64,000 bases of DNA from an uncultured Pirellula sp. GTDB taxonomy: Bacteria; Planctomycetota; Planctomycetia; Pirellulales; Pirellulaceae. The notes under the pieces were generated by a model. That model had not been told where the DNA came from. It ran no database searches and worked only from the letters and a program-made list of their open reading frames with translations. Made by a program: the position numbers and the translations under genes. Where the stretch lies: the NCBI GenBank assembly GCA_903930765.1, contig CAIYZV010000104.1, positions 539-64,538 on the forward strand. The letters are read 5' to 3'. The stretch's first letter is position 1; every line of letters starts with the position of its first letter. Shown piece after piece: positions 58,077 to 64,000 of the stretch.

Positions 58077-59318
58077 ATGCAAAATAGCAAGATCACCATC
58101 GTCGGTATCGGAGATGATGGCGCGCCCGGCTTGACCCAACACGCCAACGAGATCATTCGAAACGCAAAACTCCTAGTCGGTCCCGCGTCCCTCTTAGCCA
58201 GGTTTCCCGATTACCGCGGCCCTCAGGAAACCATCGGTTCCGATCTCGATCGACTCGCTAACACCATCGATCAATCTGGACCAGGGACCGTCGTTCTCAC
58301 AAGTGGTGACCCTCTTTTCTACGGTACCGCTCGATTCCTCTGCGATCGACTGGGCAAAGATCGATTCGATGTCCTGCCCCATGTCAGCAGCATGCAACTC
58401 GCCTTTGCCCGCGTCAAGGAAAGCTGGGATGAAGCGTACCTGACCAATCTCGCGACGCAACCTATCGATCGCGTGGTCGAGAGAATCCGAACTGCCGAAA
58501 AGGTCGGGGTCTTCACCTCCGAGGATATCCCACCGCAAAAACTAGCCGAAGCACTCCTCGCGAAAGGAGTAACGTACTTTACCGCCTACGTCTGTGAGAA
58601 TCTCGGTTCGCCCGACGAGCGCGTCACGCGGTCTGCCATTCCGGATATCGTCAACCAACGATTCTCACCACTCAATGTAATGGTCTTGGTCCGACACCCC
58701 GGTGCACCCGACCAACAACTCGCCACCCATTCGCGTCGATTGTTCGGAAATCCAGACGAACTGTTTCGACAAAGCAAACCCAAACGAGGTCTGTTAACCC
58801 CGAGTGAAATCCGCACCGTGGCTCTCAGTGAAATGAACTTGAAACCCACCTCGATCGTTTGGGATATCGGCGCCGGAAGCGGATCGGTCGCGATCGAAGC
58901 GGCCCAAATCGCACGCAATGGCAAAGTCTATGCCATCGAAATGGACGCCGAAGACTTCGGACTCTTGACCGAAAACGCAAAACTATTCGCAGTGGATAAT
59001 TTGGTCCCAATCCTCGGCGAAGCCCCCGTCGCTTGGTCCACACTCCCCGACCCCGATGCGATTTTCATAGGTGGTACCGGGCGTTCCGTTACCGACCTAG
59101 CAGCATCGTCCTGGGAACGCTTGCAAAAGAATGGATGCCTCGTCGCGAACATGATGAGCATGGAATACGTCGTCGAATTGCAGCAGATGATGACCTCGCA
59201 ATGGAACGTCGAGCCCAAACTGTGGATGATCCAAATCTCTCGAGGTACTTACCAACTCGAAAAACATCGCTTGGAAACCGCCAATCCAAACTTCATTGTC
59301 AAAGCTATCAAAGAATAG
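58077..59318 (+). CDS. cobL: precorrin-6Y C5,15-methyltransferase (decarboxylating), CbiE/CbiT fusion
   Basis: N-terminal tetrapyrrole methylase (ITIVGIGDDG) and C-terminal SAM-MTase (VWDIGAGSGSVAIEAA); ATG 58077. Confidence 0.88.
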   Translation: MQNSKITIVGIGDDGAPGLTQHANEIIRNAKLLVGPASLLARFPDYRGPQETIGSDLDRLANTIDQSGPGTVVLTSGDPLFYGTARFLCDRLGKDRFDVLPHVSSMQLAFARVKESWDEAYLTNLATQPIDRVVERIRTAEKVGVFTSEDIPPQKLAEALLAKGVTYFTAYVCENLGSPDERVTRSAIPDIVNQRFSPLNVMVLVRHPGAPDQQLATHSRRLFGNPDELFRQSKPKRGLLTPSEIRTVALSEMNLKPTSIVWDIGAGSGSVAIEAAQIARNGKVYAIEMDAEDFGLLTENAKLFAVDNLVPILGEAPVAWSTLPDPDAIFIGGTGRSVTDLAASSWERLQKNGCLVANMMSMEYVVELQQMMTSQWNVEPKLWMIQISRGTYQLEKHRLETANPNFIVKAIKE

Positions 59319-59345
59319 CTTTGACAGCGACAGGCCCCTCAATTT

Positions 59346-59389
59346 AGCCACGCAGTAGCCACGCAGTAGCCACGCAGTAGCCACGCACC
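59346..59389. repeat. 11-bp tandem repeat AGCCACGCAGT, 4 copies
   Basis: Read directly between cobL stop and lptF/G start. Confidence 0.9.
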
Positions 59390-59453
59390 AAGAGAAGGCT
59401 ACACTGTCCTGTGGGGCTTGCGTTGGCTCCAGCGGTTTTGGTAGCAATAGTGC

Positions 59454-60593
59454 ATGACCCGCATCGATCGCTACCTGCTATTCCTCTACATCCGCGTCTT
59501 CCTGATCTGCTTCATCACGCTGTCGGGTTTGCTGATCATTGCGCAGGTTTTTACCAATTTGGACGAGTTCATTCAGTATGGCCGAAACCGCGGCAATTTT
59601 TTTCTAGCCCTGGCGGAATACTACAGCCCGTACCTGCTGAGCATCTACGACCGTACGTGTGGACTACTGACATTGCTATCGACCATGTTCGTCATCGCAT
59701 GGCTCTACCGCACCAACGAATTGACTGCATTGCTGGCCGCAGGAATCAGCAAAAGTAGGATCGTGCGTCCTGTCATTGTCATGTCGGCCATCGCCATCTT
59801 AGGAGCTGCATGCTCGAGGGAGCTTTTGATCCCCAAGTGGTCTGCGATGCTGAGCAAGAATCCACAGGACCTCCAAGGGACCGAGCGGCTGGTTCCGATG
59901 AGACCGACCGAGGACGTCGCTATGGGAATTTTGATTGCGGGTAGAAACCTGATCACCAACACGCAATCAATCCAAAATCCGATCTTCAAGTTCTATGGTC
60001 CCGCTTCCGCTGTCACCTCGCAACTCAGCGGTACGAATGCGACGTATTTGCCTGCTGATGACAAACACGGCCAAGGCTTTCGTATCGATGGGGTCGGTAC
60101 CAATACCGCGATTGCGGGTAAACCATCCGTGCGTCAGGATGGAACCGACTACCTTCTTCTCCCCACCGATACCCCATGGCTCACGGCAGACCAATGCTTT
60201 GTACCTAGCAAGGTCGAGTACGACATGCTGAGAGGTGGAACCGCAAGGCAGTTCGCATCGACACCGGATTTGATTTGGCGGCTCAAGAACCAATCCGATT
60301 ATTACGGCGAGGACCTCAAACTGATGGTCCATTCCCGGTTCCTTCAGCCGCTTCTGGATTTCACCCAACTGCTCCTCGGACTGCCGCTGATCCTTTCGAC
60401 GCGGAACCGAAACGTGGTTCAGCTGATTGTCGCCTGCGTAGCCACCTTCGGTCTATTCTTCGCGGTCTCCATGGCACTTGGATCCTTGGGAACCAGCGGG
60501 ACATTGATCACTCCCGCCATCGCCGCTTGGGCACCACTGCTGATTTTTGGTCCCATCGCCTACGCGCGGACCCGACAATCGATGATGGAGTGA
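59454..60593 (+). CDS. LptF/LptG family LPS export permease (YjgP/YjgQ)
   Basis: N-terminus MTRIDRYLLFLYIRVF..., 6-TM layout with large periplasmic loop. Confidence 0.8.
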   Translation: MTRIDRYLLFLYIRVFLICFITLSGLLIIAQVFTNLDEFIQYGRNRGNFFLALAEYYSPYLLSIYDRTCGLLTLLSTMFVIAWLYRTNELTALLAAGISKSRIVRPVIVMSAIAILGAACSRELLIPKWSAMLSKNPQDLQGTERLVPMRPTEDVAMGILIAGRNLITNTQSIQNPIFKFYGPASAVTSQLSGTNATYLPADDKHGQGFRIDGVGTNTAIAGKPSVRQDGTDYLLLPTDTPWLTADQCFVPSKVEYDMLRGGTARQFASTPDLIWRLKNQSDYYGEDLKLMVHSRFLQPLLDFTQLLLGLPLILSTRNRNVVQLIVACVATFGLFFAVSMALGSLGTSGTLITPAIAAWAPLLIFGPIAYARTRQSMME

Positions 60594-60622
60594 TCCGCCC
60601 ACGCCGGCTTCCAATTGGCCGT

Positions 60623-61000
60623 TCAAAAATCGTTGCGATCCGAATCGTTGCCATCCGAATCGTTATCTTCGGCGTCGTTATCTTCGGCGTCGTTATCGCC
60701 ATGGATGATACGCTTTGGCATCAATCGCAATCGGATGGGACCTTTGATCGATTCAATGTCTCGTTCATCGATATCGACCACCTCATCGCGCTGGACCACC
60801 TCGATCATCCCATCGCGGACCATATCGGCGGCCACCTCGCGTACCAAGGGCATGTGCTGACGCCATTTCGACCCGAAGGCGCGTGCCGCATCCGACGGGC
60901 AAATACTTTCGCCCTTCTTTAGGGTCATGAGCAACCTCAAGATCTCGTCCCGAATATCGTTGTTGCTCGGGGCATCATGATCCATCCATCGAGTCTTCAT
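60623..61000 (-). CDS. DUF3253-like small protein with acidic pentapeptide-repeat tail
   Basis: ICPSDAARAF...WR..M..VR.VA..M...G pattern; C-terminal DNDAEDNDAEDNDSDGNDSDRNDF; start uncertain (TTG 61030, ATG 61000, ATG 60985). Confidence 0.6.
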   Translation of the reverse strand: MKTRWMDHDAPSNNDIRDEILRLLMTLKKGESICPSDAARAFGSKWRQHMPLVREVAADMVRDGMIEVVQRDEVVDIDERDIESIKGPIRLRLMPKRIIHGDNDAEDNDAEDNDSDGNDSDRNDF

Positions 61001-61069
61001 CGACTCAACCTCCACTGTCTTTCTTGACAAGAGTACCTTTTCGACAATCGCAACGGTTCGTTGGTTCTA

Positions 61070-63142
61070 TTAAGGAAGTATTTCGCTGGATTTAAGCCAC
61101 TTGAGGATGCAATCCAAAGCCGACGTCGAGATAGATTCCTGGATACCGTCGTACTCACTAGGGAGCCCTGTTTTAGCGGTTTGGAGCAAATGGTTCAAAT
61201 GGGGCAAAATTGCCAACTCTGCATTTAAGTTGACGTTTCGCTCGATGATTGATTCCAATCGCTCCATGTTTGGGCCTGGAAGGACTTGGGTGTCGAGTTC
61301 CCCCCAAATCGCTAGCGTGGGGCTGTTGTGCAGCACCCAATTCGACGAGGGGTCGTACGCCAAAAAGTATCTCATCCACGGGCTGCGGAGTTGCTCGAAT
61401 TGCAGGGTGACTTGTTCGATGACTCGCTTTTTGATCGCTTCCGCCTCGGGACCAGTTGCAGATCCAGCAGTTCCCGCTGATAGATTTTTCAGAGAATCCC
61501 AACGCTGCGAGATCGCTTTGCGAACTTCCCCCAACGCTCGTTCATCATCGGGTGCAAACGCGATCGCGATCCGCTGCAAGTCGGCTTGAAGGAGTCTCGC
61601 ACCCGCTCGGCTCTCGGCATCCACTCCCTCGAGTTCGGAAATGCGATCGATTTGCGATTTCAGGATCTCCGAGCCGGGCAAGGACGGGGGAGCGAGCAGT
61701 ACCAAAAATGCAACTTCGCGCTGCCACGCTGCAACCATCGGTGCGATGATTCCACCTTCGCTGTGCCCGAGCAATCCAACGCGGCTCCTATCGATGCCTT
61801 CGATCGTACGTGCATGTTGCCATACGCTGACGGCGTCGTCCGCGAAATCGGCCGTGGTGGATCGAACGAAATCTCCCGTGCTTTGCCCGACGCCACGATC
61901 ATCATAACGCAACACGGCCATTCCATTTCGGGCAAGGAAGTGTGCGATGTCTCGGAACGGTTTATGCGGTCCGATGGTCTCGTCCCGGTCCTGAGGTCCG
62001 CTGCCGGTGATCATCACGACCGCGGGGAGTTTGGATTCAGCGTTCGCACCTGCGGGCCACGTTATGGTGCCTGATAGTTGGTAGTCGCGATCCACAAGCT
62101 TCTTACCATCGTACTTGGGCTTACGGAGATCCACCCGATCGATCACGAATGCTTCCTCGCGCAAACCGTCCGGCAGTTGCACAATTTGTGGTTGCGATTC
62201 TTTTTGCGCATCGCTCCCAACCTCGGAATCCTTGGCCCCCTTCTCGTTTTCCCAAGGGACCTCGACTACAGGAGGCGCTCCATGCGGCGTCTTTTCCATA
62301 AGTTGGACCAAAGCGTCGCTTTCGATGGGTTCGGTTTCCAACTCCTCGACCCGATGCATTTCCAAAGCCAATGGCAAGAACCCTTGTTGGAATTTCCCGA
62401 TCAAGCCGGTCTTGCCTTCATCCAACTTGGCGATGTACTTTGCTTTGCCTGGTATGGCTGGGATCGAAAACTCGACGGTGGAGTCTTTACCTGCGGACAT
62501 GGTAACTTCGAATCCATTGGCTTTCTCCGTCAAGGAATCAAACACCACACGAGGCCTCTCGTCCGAACCATAGGGTGGTTTCGAATAAACGCGGAACCGC
62601 AGGGGGAGTTTCCGCCCACCGAGATCCAAACTCCCAACCCACGCCGAATTGGCTGCCAGTCGCTCCCTGCCTTCCTCGGGAATACTTGCCGCCTTGTTCA
62701 ATCGCAACAGCAGCGTCACATCACCTTGATTCAGCTCTCCTTCGACCGCGTCGCCAACTTGCTTGCCAACAAAGGAATACCCAGCGTTTGGGTTTGAGGG
62801 TGGCGCCACGGAAAACGAAATCACTCCCGCATCGCTGAGCATTGCATCTCGCAATGGCAAACTGTCCGACGATTGGTCCGGACTCGTAATCGATCCCTGA
62901 AGACGCGCATTACCGTCCACTTTTTCACTGCTGACCGAATCGATTCGTACCAGGAGTCGCAGATGCTGCTTCGGGGTTTCCAACCATCCGACCCAGTTTC
63001 CTTGCACATCGTCAACCGCGAGAGCGACCTTCACGCAAGGATCAGAAGCCATCACAGACAATGCAAATGCAGACGCGGTGAGTAGCCAAGAACTACGGGT
63101 GATTGGGTTCATGAAGCTGGATTGATTTCGAGTCATTTGCAT
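61070..63142 (-). CDS. secreted alpha/beta hydrolase with large N-terminal domain
   Basis: GHSEGG nucleophile elbow, C-terminal hydrolase fold pattern; ATG 63142 gives signal peptide (track start GTG 63265). Confidence 0.8.
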   Translation of the reverse strand: MQMTRNQSSFMNPITRSSWLLTASAFALSVMASDPCVKVALAVDDVQGNWVGWLETPKQHLRLLVRIDSVSSEKVDGNARLQGSITSPDQSSDSLPLRDAMLSDAGVISFSVAPPSNPNAGYSFVGKQVGDAVEGELNQGDVTLLLRLNKAASIPEEGRERLAANSAWVGSLDLGGRKLPLRFRVYSKPPYGSDERPRVVFDSLTEKANGFEVTMSAGKDSTVEFSIPAIPGKAKYIAKLDEGKTGLIGKFQQGFLPLALEMHRVEELETEPIESDALVQLMEKTPHGAPPVVEVPWENEKGAKDSEVGSDAQKESQPQIVQLPDGLREEAFVIDRVDLRKPKYDGKKLVDRDYQLSGTITWPAGANAESKLPAVVMITGSGPQDRDETIGPHKPFRDIAHFLARNGMAVLRYDDRGVGQSTGDFVRSTTADFADDAVSVWQHARTIEGIDRSRVGLLGHSEGGIIAPMVAAWQREVAFLVLLAPPSLPGSEILKSQIDRISELEGVDAESRAGARLLQADLQRIAIAFAPDDERALGEVRKAISQRWDSLKNLSAGTAGSATGPEAEAIKKRVIEQVTLQFEQLRSPWMRYFLAYDPSSNWVLHNSPTLAIWGELDTQVLPGPNMERLESIIERNVNLNAELAILPHLNHLLQTAKTGLPSEYDGIQESISTSALDCILKWLKSSEILP

Positions 63143-63276
63143 GTGGGATTGATTGCGTGGAATTGATTGCACGATATGGGTTTTGGTTTCATCGCAGGAT
63201 TTCCAATGGACGTTACCGACGGGTGACGGCTGCGAGGTAACCAGGTTCTGGTTTTTCCTGCTCACACTTTAAATAC

Positions 63277-63313
63277 AAAAACCCAATGCGAAGCGAACGC
63301 ATTGGGTTTTTTG
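63277..63313 (-). terminator. rho-independent terminator (bidirectional-looking) after the EF-hand gene
   Basis: 10-bp stem ACCCAATGCG/CGCATTGGGT, 7-nt loop, flanked by A5 and T6. Confidence 0.7.
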
Positions 63314-63371
63314 TGGAGAAAACATTGATTCCTCGGTGGCTCGGAACGACTACCACGCCCAGCGAACGTCG

Positions 63372-64000
63372 CTATCTGGATTTTCGATATTGCACGTATT
63401 CGTCGATGTCGATTTGACCGTTGCCGTTCTTGTCCACGTCTGCAAACTTGGTGCTTTCGGACCATTCGTCCGGAGTCAGGAATCCGTTCTTGTCTTTGTC
63501 AGCCTTGTCGATGCGACGTTTTGCAAATGCAAAATTCGGATCCGAACTAGCTCCCGATGAAGCGGCCGGGGACGAGGCACCAGCGGCCATCGGCGATCCG
63601 GTGCCGTTTGAAGCGGAACCACTCGCATCTCCAGCTGTGCTCGCCGAGGCGGTTGGGCTGCTGGAACTCGAGGACCCGGAGCTGCTCGAGCCCTTGAGGT
63701 AGCCTTTCTTTACGCCAGCCAAACACTCCTTGGCAGTGATGTAACCATCTTGGTTGGTGTCGAACTTGTAAAAATCCTCAAGCGTGGCCGCATCCCACTT
63801 GCGAGCGAACTCGTTCATCGAAACTTGGTTATCACCGTTCGTATCGTCGCGAATAAACCACTCGGGAACACCTGCCGGACGGGGTGCAGCACCGGTGCTA
63901 TCGGTGATCCTGTAGCTGGCTTGCTTTTCAAAGGGTCGGGTGCTCCCTTTCTTTTCTTCGGCTTGGTTGTTTTGTCCACCGCGATTGCCGTCGTTTCCGC
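63372..64000 (-). CDS. EF-hand calcium-binding protein, 5' end beyond right window edge
   Basis: EF-hand loops DTNGDNQVSMNEF, DTNQDGYITAKE, DKDKNGFLTPDE, DVDKNGNGQIDIDE; I translated 63819-64000 and the frame stays open to the edge. Confidence 0.8.
   Translation of the reverse strand, partial: GNDGNRGGQNNQAEEKKGSTRPFEKQASYRITDSTGAAPRPAGVPEWFIRDDTNGDNQVSMNEFARKWDAATLEDFYKFDTNQDGYITAKECLAGVKKGYLKGSSSSGSSSSSSPTASASTAGDASGSASNGTGSPMAAGASSPAASSGASSDPNFAFAKRRIDKADKDKNGFLTPDEWSESTKFADVDKNGNGQIDIDEYVQYRKSR

Noticed and set aside
1-64000. Mobile element, prophage, defence island or toxin-antitoxin content
   Set aside because: I recognised no integrase, transposase, recombinase, phage structural, restriction, Cas or TA-like gene. 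Composition is uniform apart from ~200 bp near the tRNA. The window looks like core chromosome.

Overview
This is a gene-dense 64 kb chromosomal segment, about 55% GC by eye, with about 46 protein genes and one tRNA. It reads like core genome of a Planctomycetota (Pirellulales-type) bacterium. Lineage-typical content includes a dockerin / 'LESRSLLAGD' secreted protein, a BBP7-like porin, a PQQ-dehydrogenase+PKD+cytochrome c fusion and a giant TPR protein.

Left to right:
- purQ (3' part), panC, lgt and an OYE reductase.
- A Nif3 gene coupled to a 990-aa secreted unknown.
- A sugar-phosphate isomerase, galM and an S9 peptidase.
- hisE-hisG, miaA, cysK and thiE.
- tRNA-Arg(CCT).
- An 11-gene minus-strand respiratory supercluster (alternative complex III actA-B-C-DE-F, a small TM protein, SCO, caa3 oxidase ctaC-D-E-F). 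It is preceded on the same strand by a sigma-54-type activator and a BFD-like [2Fe-2S] ORF.
- aroH, several secreted and TPR proteins, and an NAD epimerase.
- A DnaA/Hda-like AAA+ protein next to a C-terminally truncated SecA paralogue.
- flgN-flgK-flgL, cobL, lptF/G, hydrolases, and an EF-hand protein that runs off the right edge.

I recognise no integrase, transposase, phage, CRISPR, toxin-antitoxin or defence genes, so I do not claim a new multi-gene 'system'.

The best leads seen directly in the sequence:
1. The BFD-like ORF has no canonical start codon and lies in frame behind the TAG stop of the sigma-54 activator.
2. A DnaA domain III+IV protein has an Hda-like Walker B and no arginine finger, and sits beside a SecA that lacks its C-terminal third.
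3. His-rich tails or loops occur on four subunits of the ACIII/caa3 complexes.
4. About a dozen short perfect tandem duplications (11-18 bp units) hug start or stop codons or sit in frame inside genes.

The ORF track translates TTG/GTG starts as M. Several starts were therefore re-picked by eye and remain uncertain. All family assignments come from motif recognition, not database searches.
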